Shown: positions 9,667 through 19,092, numbered from the stretch's first letter. The stretch is 64,000 bases of DNA from a virus (IMGVR_UViG_3300008119_000003:32001-96000); one strand, 5' to 3'. Notes: generated by a model from the sequence alone, not told the origin. Program-made: numbers and translations.

Positions 9667-10203
9667 TTACTTTATTAAATCGTTTAACCATTTCTTTCTG
9701 CTAACAGGTTGCTTCAACATGATAGCGGCTAAATCTCTAATAGTAAGCTGATCTAACGGAGCATCCTGATCAGGATCCATTATGTCATCAAAGCCATCAA
9801 AAGATAACTGCGTCATCTTAGAAGGTTCCTCTACTGCAATCTCTACCTTACTTAATTCAGCAACAGGTACGAGATATCTTTCACTGATTCCCTCGAGCTC
9901 ACTTTCGATTGCTTCGTATTCATCTGCGAAGAAAGGATTAAACTTCCATTTATAAAGAGTTCTGTTTGCATCTTCACATTCCATCTCACGACTTACGAAC
10001 TCTAAATAAAGATCTTGTTTCATCTTCAACTGACTTGGAAATAAAGCAATGTGTTTGCTGTCTTTACCAACCGGTTTGTAGGCTAACGTAGGAACATATA
10101 CCGCATCGGGTATACCTAACTTTTCAAAAACTTCTTGGTGAAATTCTCGGAGCTCTTTAGTACGAGCTCTTCTGTCTAACTTTTCTGTGGTTTTAATAGC
10201 CAT
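9667..10203 (-). CDS. Conserved hypothetical phage protein
   Basis: 178 aa in operon; C-terminal LTIRDLAAIMLKQPVSRKKWLNDLI. Confidence 0.7.
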   Translation of the reverse strand: MAIKTTEKLDRRARTKELREFHQEVFEKLGIPDAVYVPTLAYKPVGKDSKHIALFPSQLKMKQDLYLEFVSREMECEDANRTLYKWKFNPFFADEYEAIESELEGISERYLVPVAELSKVEIAVEEPSKMTQLSFDGFDDIMDPDQDAPLDQLTIRDLAAIMLKQPVSRKKWLNDLIK

Positions 10204-10207
10204 TTTT

Positions 10208-11200
10208 TTACCTTGTATTAATTCGTTTTTCTTGTGTAGGAGGAGCAGGTATTTCTACTACCCTCATCTTTTCGAATTCGCATCGGAAGAAACTCATTCT
10301 AGTATCACCATTCCTACATTTAAGGAAGTGCATTACCATAACGTTTTCATCATTAATGATATACCTATCGGGACCATAATAGCGAACCTTAAAATATCCC
10401 GGTCTGTTAAGACCAACAAGTATATCGGCATGCTGCAATAATGCATCGGCTCCCATCAAGTCAGAAGTAAGGATGTAGTTTCCAGCTCTACCATCTTCAT
10501 TTCTATCTGGGCTATCGATGTTTCTATTAAGCTGGCTAAGTATGATAAAGGAAATAGGATACTTTCTCTTCAACTCTGTAAGCATCTCTGCCAGGTTGTA
10601 AAGCATCTCGTGTTTATCTTTTTCAAACGGTGCTAACTTAACAAGGTAGGAGTGATCAAGAGTTACAATCGTATTTGTATATGTCGGAAATTCTCCCTCA
10701 CGATTCATGTGGTCTTCCATATACATCTCGATAATAGATCTTATCTCCAATACTGTTCTCGGTTTCTCGACAACATCTATTGGGTAACCTACTCTTTGCT
10801 TTGCATAATCATAGCATGCTTGTAGATCTGTGTCTGCTAAGGTACCGTTAGCACTACACAAATATTTATACGACTTACCAACGACGCTAGAAAATTCTCT
10901 TAAGGCAGATACACGGCCAATCATTTCGAATTGAAATTCTAAAACTCTAAAGTTCTCCCCCTTATTCAGGACGAATGCACTGTTAATGATGTTATCTTTA
11001 ACCAGAGTTTTACCTGCGCCTGATCTACCTGCGATCACTGTTAACGTGTTCCATTCTATACCGTCAGTACCCGCGTCATTAAACTTTTCCCAGGGAGTCT
11101 TGAGACTTTTGATAGCCCCTTCTTTCCTACCCTTCATATAGTGAAGAGCTTGGACAAAGCTTTCTTTCTGCCCCTTCCAGGGCTTAGCGATTTCTGACAT
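10208..11200 (-). CDS. DnaB-like replicative helicase
   Basis: AGRSGAGKT, FQFEM, LDH, LSQLNR, ADILVGL and LKCRNG motifs of SF4 helicases. Confidence 0.9.
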   Translation of the reverse strand: MSEIAKPWKGQKESFVQALHYMKGRKEGAIKSLKTPWEKFNDAGTDGIEWNTLTVIAGRSGAGKTLVKDNIINSAFVLNKGENFRVLEFQFEMIGRVSALREFSSVVGKSYKYLCSANGTLADTDLQACYDYAKQRVGYPIDVVEKPRTVLEIRSIIEMYMEDHMNREGEFPTYTNTIVTLDHSYLVKLAPFEKDKHEMLYNLAEMLTELKRKYPISFIILSQLNRNIDSPDRNEDGRAGNYILTSDLMGADALLQHADILVGLNRPGYFKVRYYGPDRYIINDENVMVMHFLKCRNGDTRMSFFRCEFEKMRVVEIPAPPTQEKRINTR

Positions 11201-11211
11201 GTTGTTGGTAA

Positions 11212-11424
11212 TTAAGTCCGACTAGATCCAAGGACTCTTCGGACAGTAAAGTTATAAATTTTATCCGAGGTAAAAAATATAAATTCTAAAACTAATGAAC
11301 AGACGTAGGAAATATCTGTTAGGAATGTGTCAATAAGTAACCAACAAATAACCGATAAACCTACACCTAATATAACCCTAAACATAATCCTTTCGAACTT
11401 TTGAAACTGTTCTATTTGCATCAT
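11212..11424 (-). CDS. Small membrane protein
   Basis: Two hydrophobic segments; located in operon. Confidence 0.5.
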   Translation of the reverse strand: MMQIEQFQKFERIMFRVILGVGLSVICWLLIDTFLTDISYVCSLVLEFIFFTSDKIYNFTVRRVLGSSRT

Positions 11425-12008
11425 ACCACTTTCTCTTTTATGTGATTATCATCATCCTGATAACCACCGTTTAATATTATCTCACAGAACGCTGCAAGTT
11501 CTGAATCCCAAGTCTTATCAATACTTTGTTTACGAATAAAGTATTGGGAATTCTTCATGTACATATACCTGTTCTTCTCATACGAGTCAACGTAATAAGC
11601 AGTAGCTTTCAGTATTGTATCCCAACTGTAATCATAGTTCTTAAAGAACCATTCGAAGGCTTTCTTCAAATCATTCTTAGGTAATCTTGCTGCTTTACCG
11701 CTAGGTAACTTACCTTTTGGAAACATCTCAAGATACTGAACTACTAGATCATCCTCTGTAACTACAATAGCCTTAACGGAAGCTCGCATGTTACCAAATA
11801 ATGCCGTAGCATCATCGATAATTTTATTACCAGCATCAGTAAGAATACCTTTCTTGGCATCTTCGATAAGATCAAGATCAGCAAGTAATCTAAGTTCAGT
11901 ATGAACATTGATAACACTTGGTCTAACTTTATTTGCGATACCCCATAGAACATAAAATCCATTAGGGCTTATGCCGTTTTCGGCTAGATAATCAAAGAAT
12001 TCTTTCAT
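11421..12008 (-). CDS. Hypothetical replication-associated protein (wHTH-like N-terminus; possible initiator or helicase loader)
   Basis: 195 aa upstream of helicase; YLEMFPKG...ILKATAYYV...YMKNSQYFI resembles replication initiator C-terminal domains. Confidence 0.45.
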   Translation of the reverse strand: MKEFFDYLAENGISPNGFYVLWGIANKVRPSVINVHTELRLLADLDLIEDAKKGILTDAGNKIIDDATALFGNMRASVKAIVVTEDDLVVQYLEMFPKGKLPSGKAARLPKNDLKKAFEWFFKNYDYSWDTILKATAYYVDSYEKNRYMYMKNSQYFIRKQSIDKTWDSELAAFCEIILNGGYQDDDNHIKEKVV

Positions 12009-12523
12009 AACATTTCGGAATCTAAAGATACAAATGTTTTTGTAATTCCCTTCTCTTGCAACTTAGACATCAGGTTACTCCATATAGGAAGAACTCTCTT
12101 GTCTTTAATATCTAGGGCTACCTTAGTCTTATTACTACCGTGTAACATAGTAGCATGATGAGTAACCTTTTCTTTATGCATTTCGTTAACAACTCTTACC
12201 ATATGCGAGTAAGTCAGGCCTAATTCATTACCTATTAGGTAACAGCACTGCCTAATAATAATAACTTGTTGACCACGAAACTTCATGTTAGTAGTAAACG
12301 GAGCATCCTCTGGATACAATTCTTCTGCAAGATCTACTACAACCTTGAAGTCATTTATACCAGGTACCAAAGCATGATTACTACCAATGTACTTATCGTA
12401 TTTAACTAAACTCTTTTGAATATTAGTAAAGAACTTACCTATTACTAGGTTAAGATCATAATTCAACTGGGCTAGATCCTGCCGGATCTCCCCCCTCAAT
12501 TTCTTGACGTCTCTCTCTGCCAT
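12005..12523 (-). CDS. Protein with DnaA domain IV-like (TrpR-type HTH) C-terminus
   Basis: RGQQVIIIRQCCYLIGNELGLTYSHM...HHATMLHGSNK resembles the DnaA_C pattern R..RQIAMYL..EL...DHTTVLHA. Confidence 0.55.
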   Translation of the reverse strand: MAERDVKKLRGEIRQDLAQLNYDLNLVIGKFFTNIQKSLVKYDKYIGSNHALVPGINDFKVVVDLAEELYPEDAPFTTNMKFRGQQVIIIRQCCYLIGNELGLTYSHMVRVVNEMHKEKVTHHATMLHGSNKTKVALDIKDKRVLPIWSNLMSKLQEKGITKTFVSLDSEML

Positions 12524-12839
12524 ATTTTACGTAATCTGTTTCTTCTATATGATAAAATTTACCAGTGTTAATCGATATTGCCACATCTTTTACAATATGT
12601 TTAGCTCTGTCTAGCTCAATACCAAAGTCTGATAGTGCATCATATAGACATTTGTTTGTAACTGTACTTCTTTTAGAAGCTTCTATTTCAAAATAAACTT
12701 CTCCAAATCTCGGGTCAACTATTGTCTTGACCTTTATTCTACCAGGAAATTCTGGGCTTCTCATTTTGCTCCAAGTATTTATTAATCTTATTCCACATAT
12801 CTCCACAATCCCACTCTGGTTCTTCGTTATATGCAGCAC
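12456..12839 (-). CDS. Hypothetical protein (start probably MRSPEF)
   Basis: Fills the gap between UDG and 12005-12523. Confidence 0.55.
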   Translation of the reverse strand: MLHITKNQSGIVEICGIRLINTWSKMRSPEFPGRIKVKTIVDPRFGEVYFEIEASKRSTVTNKCLYDALSDFGIELDRAKHIVKDVAISINTGKFYHIEETDYVKYGRERRQEIEGGDPAGSSPVEL

Positions 12840-13440
12840 TGGCAGGATGACTTACCATAATCTTATAGTTATTATCAGGAATTAAATCCGCAAAGTCTTG
12901 CGCTTTCTTTCCCATAAATACATAGATTAAGTTAGGTCTGTTCCAAACTAAATAGTCTAACACATATGCCATGAAAGGTTTCCATAGTAGCTGATGCGTA
13001 CCAGGTTTACCAATCGTAGTAGTAAGTGCACTGTTTAATAATAGAACTCCTTGATTAGCCCAACGAGTTAAGTCCGGGTCATTATTAAGAGAACCGGTAG
13101 TCTTACCTATAGATTTAAACATATAGTCTAAAGACTTCTCTACTTTACCAAAGTTACTGCAACTAAAAGCAATACCATCCGCCACATTAATTTGCGGATA
13201 TGGATCTTGGCCTATAATAACTACATTAACTTTATCAAAGGGACAAACTTCGAATGCTTTAAATAAATGTTTAACCTTTGGCGTGAATCTTTTACCATCT
13301 TGTGCCTCACGTAGTAGGAAGGACAGGATATCGTCGAAGTCAGATGTCATAATAAAATTAACTAGTTGGGGACCCCAACCATTTTCTTTGAGCTTTTCGT
13401 AAAGCTTGTCTTTAACTTCTTGTAAATTAACTTCTTCCAT
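12739..13440 (-). CDS. ung: Uracil-DNA glycosylase, family 1
   Basis: GQDPY, GIAFS, WANQGVLLLN and SHPAS motifs; start set at MEEVNLQ (13440). Confidence 0.93.
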   Translation of the reverse strand: MEEVNLQEVKDKLYEKLKENGWGPQLVNFIMTSDFDDILSFLLREAQDGKRFTPKVKHLFKAFEVCPFDKVNVVIIGQDPYPQINVADGIAFSCSNFGKVEKSLDYMFKSIGKTTGSLNNDPDLTRWANQGVLLLNSALTTTIGKPGTHQLLWKPFMAYVLDYLVWNRPNLIYVFMGKKAQDFADLIPDNNYKIMVSHPASAAYNEEPEWDCGDMWNKINKYLEQNEKPRISW

Positions 13441-13442
13441 CT

Positions 13443-13450
13443 TATATTTG
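13443..13450 (+). promoter_or_regulatory. Bacteroidota sigma-A type -7 box (TAnnTTTG)
   Basis: TATATTTG ending 14 nt before the ATG of 13465-13782. Confidence 0.6.
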
Positions 13451-13464
13451 TTAAAATTTGTATA

Positions 13465-13782
13465 ATGTCCGAGCCTAAAAAACCAGTTCAAGTAGAAGTA
13501 TATAAGCCTGATACAGTAATCAAAATAGAATTACCTGTAGCTTATGTGCAACGATTCAACCAGTTAATGTTAGAAGGTATCCCTTATAAGGATCACGACC
13601 ATTTTACTGAGACACTTAAAAAAGTAGAGAAAGGAGATCAAGATGATCCTTATAGCTACCATGTAACAACCATACTATCTTTTCTAGTTATGGTTGAAGA
13701 AGCTGCTCGTAAACAGGGTCATCTCAAAATGGTTGAGATAAACCCTGAAACACAAGAGCAGACGGATGTTAGTGAAGACTAA
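13465..13782 (+). CDS. Hypothetical protein, counter-oriented within the minus-strand arm
   Basis: 105 aa; fills the gap exactly and has its own promoter box. Confidence 0.7.
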   Translation: MSEPKKPVQVEVYKPDTVIKIELPVAYVQRFNQLMLEGIPYKDHDHFTETLKKVEKGDQDDPYSYHVTTILSFLVMVEEAARKQGHLKMVEINPETQEQTDVSED

Positions 13783-14143
13783 AGTTCACAAGTTCTCCGA
13801 TTTCTATAGCTGCTTGTATAGCCATAGATAATTCTTCTTTACTACATTCTGAAAATGATTTACAGTTATCGTCAGTACATAGACCGGCTCGTAACTTTAC
13901 TTGGAGTTTCATATCTTCGAATGAGTCACCAGTATAGTTAGCAAGTTCTCTAATGCACTTATGTAACTTACTTAACTGAGCATAACTATGATCAGCTGTC
14001 TGCACTTCGTAGGTAATGACTACTGTCTCACCTTCCTGCAAACTTTTAATAAATAAACCTAGTTTAGCAGACCCTAATGGATCTATTTCTAAACTCTTAT
14101 TTACTACTTTTGCGCGTATACTTACGGGTAGTTGATCTGCCAT
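13769..14143 (-). CDS. NinB/YbcN-like protein
   Basis: HSYAQLSKLHKCIRELANYTG...SFSECSKEELSMAIQ; start set at MADQLP. Confidence 0.55.
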   Translation of the reverse strand: MADQLPVSIRAKVVNKSLEIDPLGSAKLGLFIKSLQEGETVVITYEVQTADHSYAQLSKLHKCIRELANYTGDSFEDMKLQVKLRAGLCTDDNCKSFSECSKEELSMAIQAAIEIGELVNFSLH

Positions 14144-14420
14144 TTTCTTTTGGTTTGTTAGTACTTCCTTTAGGTCTTCCAGGTGATTTTTTCTGAACAA
14201 CTTTTTCTACTTTAGGCGTTTGCATTTCTTTTCTAGCCTTCTCAATACTTAGCTCATAGAATTTCTCCATGTACAAATCTAATAGACGAGCATATGATCC
14301 ATCCGCAGCATCAATCTGATCTTTAAGACGGTTAACTTGCTTATTTCTAATAGCAATACCTACTGATAATCCGGTAACTAAACCGGTAAATAATAATACA
14401 CATACTTCAAACGTTCCCAT
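14097..14420 (-). CDS. Membrane-anchored protein with AT-hook-like basic tail
   Basis: N-terminal TM segment, coiled coil, KKSPGRPKGS. Confidence 0.6.
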   Translation of the reverse strand: MGTFEVCVLLFTGLVTGLSVGIAIRNKQVNRLKDQIDAADGSYARLLDLYMEKFYELSIEKARKEMQTPKVEKVVQKKSPGRPKGSTNKPKENGRSTTRKYTRKSSK

Positions 14421-14748
14421 TTCTTTTTTGTTTTAAATAGTTTTCTAATAATTCAATACTCTCTTGCATCTCCAGAAAATTCATATCTGTTATGAGCTCT
14501 GCAAATTTGCTCAATCTTTTAGACATCTCTGCCATGTCTAGTTGCTCAGGTATATCCCAGAATGCTTTCAGTAATGGACCGTGTTCTTTAACCACGATAT
14601 CATTAAAGTTATTTAAAATATTCTTAGTCTTATGCCTATTAAACCATTTGATATGCATGGTCTCATCTGCTGCGAACACAGCCATCTGTAACCACACTAC
14701 TAGGTTAGCAATCTTTAATCTGTCCGCGTCCTCTCTCGTTAATGACAT
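14407..14748 (-). CDS. Hypothetical protein
   Basis: 113 aa in a tightly packed operon. Confidence 0.6.
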   Translation of the reverse strand: MSLTREDADRLKIANLVVWLQMAVFAADETMHIKWFNRHKTKNILNNFNDIVVKEHGPLLKAFWDIPEQLDMAEMSKRLSKFAELITDMNFLEMQESIELLENYLKQKRNGNV

Positions 14749-15047
14749 AAATGTAATTTAGCTAATCCTTCTTCCACTGTAATGTACTCTATCTTGAGAC
14801 CTGCCCACTCTGGTAGGAAGGATCCCATATCTGTACCACTTGTCTCCTCACCATGCCATTCTGCTTGAGCAGTAATATAAGGTCCACCACTAGGGTCTAT
14901 CATAGAGAATTTCTCTGTAGGCATGCCTGATTCACCAGGCCATCCGCCTAGACGGTACCCATCAGCAAACCCCGTCATCTCTATTACGTTATCCTTCTTC
15001 TCAAAGATAATTAGATCACTATAACGATTTCTATACTCTGTCTTCAT
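14739..15047 (-). CDS. Conserved hypothetical phage protein
   Basis: NRYSD...IDPSGGPYI motif. Confidence 0.65.
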   Translation of the reverse strand: MKTEYRNRYSDLIIFEKKDNVIEMTGFADGYRLGGWPGESGMPTEKFSMIDPSGGPYITAQAEWHGEETSGTDMGSFLPEWAGLKIEYITVEEGLAKLHLCH

Positions 15048-15190
15048 TCCTTAAGTTGTTTAATCTTTTTGTATACAAGTTCAACACAGTCATCTATACC
15101 TTTATAAGGGTTAAGATAAGGCACAGTCTTATTACCACGTAGATGTTCCATCTCCTTGATTAGTTCTTCTAATACTTTTTTAGTACTCAT
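15044..15190 (-). CDS. Small hypothetical protein (48 aa)
   Basis: Manual translation MSTKKVLEELIKEMEHL...; ATGA overlaps with both neighbours. Confidence 0.55.
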   Translation of the reverse strand: MSTKKVLEELIKEMEHLRGNKTVPYLNPYKGIDDCVELVYKKIKQLKE

Positions 15191-15387
15191 AAGTCATCAG
15201 GATCAGTTGTTGTGCCTACAGTTATCGGGTCTACATATACAGTATCCTCCGGTATCTTAACAGCTTTAAACATTTGGTAGTCCTCTCTCTCAAGAGGCTT
15301 ATCCTTTACAGATAGGTATAAACCTATTGTAGCAGCACAATCTAGTAGTAAGATAAATGCTAATGCCCATATGATATACTTAGTCAT
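15187..15387 (-). CDS. Small membrane protein
   Basis: N-terminal hydrophobic helix. Confidence 0.55.
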   Translation of the reverse strand: MTKYIIWALAFILLLDCAATIGLYLSVKDKPLEREDYQMFKAVKIPEDTVYVDPITVGTTTDPDDL

Positions 15388-15389
15388 TG

Positions 15390-15533
15390 TTATTCAATTT
15401 TTATTTCTTCAAAAGATCTTAAGGTATCACAGTTAGGACACTCTAACTTAATAAGGTTGCCTAATTTAACAGCTACCCATTGATGCCCGCAGCAATCACA
15501 TTTAACTAGTGATGCATTGTACTTCTTATCCAT
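15390..15533 (-). CDS. Small Zn-ribbon protein (47 aa)
   Basis: Manual translation MDKKYNASLVKCDCCGHQW...ECPNCDTL; two CxxC. Confidence 0.6.
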   Translation of the reverse strand: MDKKYNASLVKCDCCGHQWVAVKLGNLIKLECPNCDTLRSFEEIKIE

Positions 15534-15534
15534 G

Positions 15535-15828
15535 TTAATCAGACTCTTGTTCTAGTTCAGGACGGTTGACCTTTAGGCCCCACATCAGGTTATACATAGA
15601 AGCAGATCTTTGAGCATACTTAACGGTAAGCCTTCTATGCTTACGCAAGTAGGTTACCATCCACTCCGTCCACTTTTCTTCTTGCTCAGGAGTCATGGTC
15701 CATTGCTCATACCATTTGTCCTTACGGTCTTTAATGTCCTCAAAGGTTACATCATGACCAGCTATTATAAACATGGTGTTGATTATATCTTTTACCATGT
15801 CATCGTCAGTTAGTCTCTTGCTTTTCAT
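15535..15828 (-). CDS. Hypothetical protein
   Basis: 97 aa, Trp-rich, in operon. Confidence 0.6.
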   Translation of the reverse strand: MKSKRLTDDDMVKDIINTMFIIAGHDVTFEDIKDRKDKWYEQWTMTPEQEEKWTEWMVTYLRKHRRLTVKYAQRSASMYNLMWGLKVNRPELEQESD

Positions 15829-16039
15829 CTTTTACAAATATTGGTTTAACCACATCAAGGCCGGAGCCATTTTTAGGAAATTGTATTTTACATACTTTAC
15901 CAACAAAGTATAACTCACTAGGAGTTTTTACATAAATAGCAAGTACTTCCAACTCATTAAAAATTAAATCGTCTTGACTGAGGTCTTTAGTTACATAAAA
16001 TGCATCTCCTCCTAACTCTACATAGTCTCCTACTTTCAT
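15806..16039 (-). CDS. Hypothetical protein
   Basis: MKVGDYV start typical of small phage SH3-like proteins. Confidence 0.55.
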   Translation of the reverse strand: MKVGDYVELGGDAFYVTKDLSQDDLIFNELEVLAIYVKTPSELYFVGKVCKIQFPKNGSGLDVVKPIFVKDEKQETN

Positions 16040-16263
16040 AAGTTAATTAGTATTACTTTATTATCTATGGTGATCATAGCTACTGGTATAAGTTCCTCAT
16101 CATTTAAATAACGTGACACCTTTGCGCCTATCTCCATACGGCCAGGATCACTTGAATAAACAACTATACATTCATGACTATAATCATTACTTACATTAGT
16201 AAGCTGTAGTACAATAGTGTCTGGCTCATAGTAATCATCTATGTAACATTCTCCAGGTTTCAT
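16036..16263 (-). CDS. Hypothetical protein
   Basis: ATGA overlaps on both sides. Confidence 0.55.
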   Translation of the reverse strand: MKPGECYIDDYYEPDTIVLQLTNVSNDYSHECIVVYSSDPGRMEIGAKVSRYLNDEELIPVAMITIDNKVILINL

Positions 16264-16607
16264 GGGTCTTCTATTTCACAGGTTAAATCTAAATCACCAA
16301 ATACCTTAGCAATAGGCTCGAGTTTATCACGAGATCCATACTTTACCACAGCCTTTCCCTCTTCATGAATCTTCATAGCGAACTGAGCAGCTCTTGCCGA
16401 AGATATCTCACAGTATATAATGAGAGCCATAATAACCTTATCAAAGGTATTATGGTCGTCATTATACAATACAAGTTTGGAATCTTCCATAAAAGACAAA
16501 TCTAGAACGATATCTTCAAGTACAATAGTACTAGTTTCTCCAATTGATCCAGTCATCATGGTCATCTGCTTCTTGTTCTTTATAACAGTCTTTACAAAGA
16601 TCGGCAT
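16260..16607 (-). CDS. clpS: ClpS-like N-end-rule adaptor protein
   Basis: KLVLYNDDHNTFDKVIMAL...AMKIHEEGKAVV is the canonical ClpS signature; true start probably near 16565. Confidence 0.85.
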   Translation of the reverse strand: MPIFVKTVIKNKKQMTMMTGSIGETSTIVLEDIVLDLSFMEDSKLVLYNDDHNTFDKVIMALIIYCEISSARAAQFAMKIHEEGKAVVKYGSRDKLEPIAKVFGDLDLTCEIEDP

Positions 16608-16773
16608 TATCTAAAAGTTCCTGTTCGATATCATCGACATCCCTATCAACATCTACTATAGACATAGCCATTTCTCTTATCACATCTACGTCACAATAGC
16701 GACAAAGATCCTCCGCTTGATTCCACGGAGAGTTTGGATCATTCTCTGATCCCGCAGGTAAATAATCAGACAT
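16531..16773 (-). CDS. Small acidic Zn-binding protein
   Basis: YLPAGSENDPNSPWN; CxxC...CxxC. Confidence 0.6.
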   Translation of the reverse strand: MSDYLPAGSENDPNSPWNQAEDLCRYCDVDVIREMAMSIVDVDRDVDDIEQELLDNADLCKDCYKEQEADDHDDWINWRN

Positions 16774-17854
16774 TTTTCTTTACTCTTTTAATTTTAGAAT
16801 CATCGTAATCATGTAGCGCTTGGTTTACCCATGCTACATCAACAGTATTATCGTAACATAATATATGTACGGTAGCCTTCTCATCAGGATTAAGACGAAG
16901 TAATCGACCTAATCTTTGAGCAGACTTACGCTCGTTACCATATGCATGCATAATAATACCCTGCTTTAAGTTCGGGATGTTAACCCCCTCACTTAACTGT
17001 AATACACAAGAAAGTTTATCTATCTCTCCAGATTTAAACTTCAGGAGGTTAACTTCAGAGTCCTTATTACCGCTATGGTAACTGTAATCGCAAAGTTGAT
17101 CCGCCTGTTCCTGCGTATTAGCAAACAAAATAACCTTATCGGTTATATGATTAAACAGTTCCGCAGCATAACGTTCTTTACTAGGATAAGACATAAGCGC
17201 CTTCATTCGCATAATCCTGGCAATCTGGACCTCTTTAGGACCATTAGCGTTAAGAACTCTTTCACTCCAGTAATTATAACTAGCAAGTTCCGACGTAGGA
17301 AACTGTCCTTTCTTTGTTTTCTGCATAAAATTCTTACGGGTATCCAGGTCTAACATATGAATAATAACCTGATAATCATTTAGAATCCCATCATCGATGG
17401 CATCATCTGTAATGTACTTGTAGTTAATGGGACAGTAGTTATCTACCATCTCACCTTTCTCCGAGTTAGAATTTCTAGGAGGTGTACCGGTTAATCCCAC
17501 GACTTTACCTTTATAGTCCTCAAGATAAAACTCGTGGGAATATAAAAGGTTATGACATTCATCCAGGTATACTACGTCGTAGTCAGTATCTTGTTTGATC
17601 AAAGAGATGTAAGTACTAAACTCAATATGCTCTTTAAGATAACCGAGACCATGCTTATCGGCCTCATCTAACCACGACTTGAATACAGCTCTCTTAGGAG
17701 CAACAACAAGGAAGCGACAAGTATCGCTATAGTGTTCTTTCATATGGCGTAAGCCGATGAGGGTTTTCCCAACGCCCATGCTGACTGCGATGCCACTATG
17801 AGACGATGATAGTAACGATTCTAACGCGGCATTCTGTATCTCTTCTCTCGTCAT
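16766..17854 (-). CDS. Superfamily 2 helicase (DExH)
   Basis: SMGVGKT, LDECH, GLTGT, EGVNIP and QRLGRLLR motifs. Confidence 0.9.
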   Translation of the reverse strand: MTREEIQNAALESLLSSSHSGIAVSMGVGKTLIGLRHMKEHYSDTCRFLVVAPKRAVFKSWLDEADKHGLGYLKEHIEFSTYISLIKQDTDYDVVYLDECHNLLYSHEFYLEDYKGKVVGLTGTPPRNSNSEKGEMVDNYCPINYKYITDDAIDDGILNDYQVIIHMLDLDTRKNFMQKTKKGQFPTSELASYNYWSERVLNANGPKEVQIARIMRMKALMSYPSKERYAAELFNHITDKVILFANTQEQADQLCDYSYHSGNKDSEVNLLKFKSGEIDKLSCVLQLSEGVNIPNLKQGIIMHAYGNERKSAQRLGRLLRLNPDEKATVHILCYDNTVDVAWVNQALHDYDDSKIKRVKKNV

Positions 17855-18183
17855 ACCTTCCTAATATAAAAATGTTGGGGATAACTAGGACCTACGTACA
17901 ATAGTAACAATTCACAGATATAGTGTAGGCCTAAAGTACTATGTGCATACATAGCTCCCGGCAATCCTTTCTTAATACTCTCAAGAGTAAACCTCTCGCT
18001 ATCTTCTAACGATACGGCAGATATTTCAAAGGTCAATACCTTTTCGTCAGTATCACCATGCATTCTGCGTATAAGTTCAGTTAGATCATGAGGTATTATA
18101 AGATCTCCGCTATCTCCTCGCCATGTAGGCTCAACTAAACAAAGGTTCTCAAAACCTTCTACTACTTCAAATTTTAAAATCAT
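17851..18183 (-). CDS. Hypothetical protein
   Basis: 110 aa with coupled overlaps. Confidence 0.55.
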   Translation of the reverse strand: MILKFEVVEGFENLCLVEPTWRGDSGDLIIPHDLTELIRRMHGDTDEKVLTFEISAVSLEDSERFTLESIKKGLPGAMYAHSTLGLHYICELLLLYVGPSYPQHFYIRKV

Positions 18184-18599
18184 GATTCTCTTGATTTACT
18201 TAGATTTAATAACTTGGCTTCCGTAGGATGAGTCTCAATCCAACCGTGACACGTCCGACAAACAGAAAGAAACTCCGTCTCATCTAGATATAACTTACCT
18301 GTTCTACCCATCTTATGATGGATATCCGTAGCATTAATACTACAGCCAGGTAATTTAGCTAGACAAAATGGATTTCTCTTCATGTAAGATTCTCGCAATA
18401 CGGTATATAGAGCATCTAACTTAACTTGTTTAGAAGATCGAGGGGACAAAGGTTTCTTTGCCGTTGGTTTTTTAATACTAGACAAACCCTTAAATTGTTT
18501 ACTCCAGCATGCCTTACAAAACCTTTGCTTACCCTCTTTCTTCCAAATGTTAGTTATCTCATTACAGCCGTCACACTTCTTCTGCTTGGCTTGTAACAT
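18180..18599 (-). CDS. HNH endonuclease with N-terminal Zn finger
   Basis: CDGC...CKAC; C...C..ATDIHHKMGR...VCRTCHGWIETHP. Confidence 0.75.
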   Translation of the reverse strand: MLQAKQKKCDGCNEITNIWKKEGKQRFCKACWSKQFKGLSSIKKPTAKKPLSPRSSKQVKLDALYTVLRESYMKRNPFCLAKLPGCSINATDIHHKMGRTGKLYLDETEFLSVCRTCHGWIETHPTEAKLLNLSKSRES

Positions 18600-18780
18600 T
18601 AGAATTTTGCATAATGATTATAGAATCACCGCCGTAGGTCAAAGCGATATGACTACCCTCGCCTACATTAGTAATAACATTCTCTTGCTTGGTTAGTTGC
18701 TTTAACATAACCTCTTCCGCTTCCGTTTCCGGAGTTAGAACAAGTCTTGTAGACCCATTCATAATAAACGTTGTTTTCAT
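18571..18780 (-). CDS. Hypothetical protein
   Basis: 69 aa in operon. Confidence 0.55.
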   Translation of the reverse strand: MKTTFIMNGSTRLVLTPETEAEEVMLKQLTKQENVITNVGEGSHIALTYGGDSIIIMQNSNVTSQAEEV

Positions 18781-19092
18781 TTAGACTTCTGCTTTTTCAA
18801 AACAATCTTTTACCTGATTATAAAGAACTGAATCTGCCTCCTCGATTATATCTGCTATAGGTCCCAACTTCTGGTTGATAGACATACAGTATTTATAATG
18901 ATCTCTCGTAACCATCTCGTCGATATCCTCATCTTGAAGATAACGTGTAACCCTAACCTGACCGAAGTCTAAGATATTAAGAATGTCTTCGATGTTTTTA
19001 TGTTCGAAGATATCCTCGTAGGTCTCAACCCATTTGCGGTTACTAAAGTATAAGAAGAGAACTTCCTCGTTGTTCAGTTCATTTATATTCAT
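18781..19092 (-). CDS. Hypothetical protein
   Basis: 103 aa in operon. Confidence 0.6.
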   Translation of the reverse strand: MNINELNNEEVLFLYFSNRKWVETYEDIFEHKNIEDILNILDFGQVRVTRYLQDEDIDEMVTRDHYKYCMSINQKLGPIADIIEEADSVLYNQVKDCFEKAEV

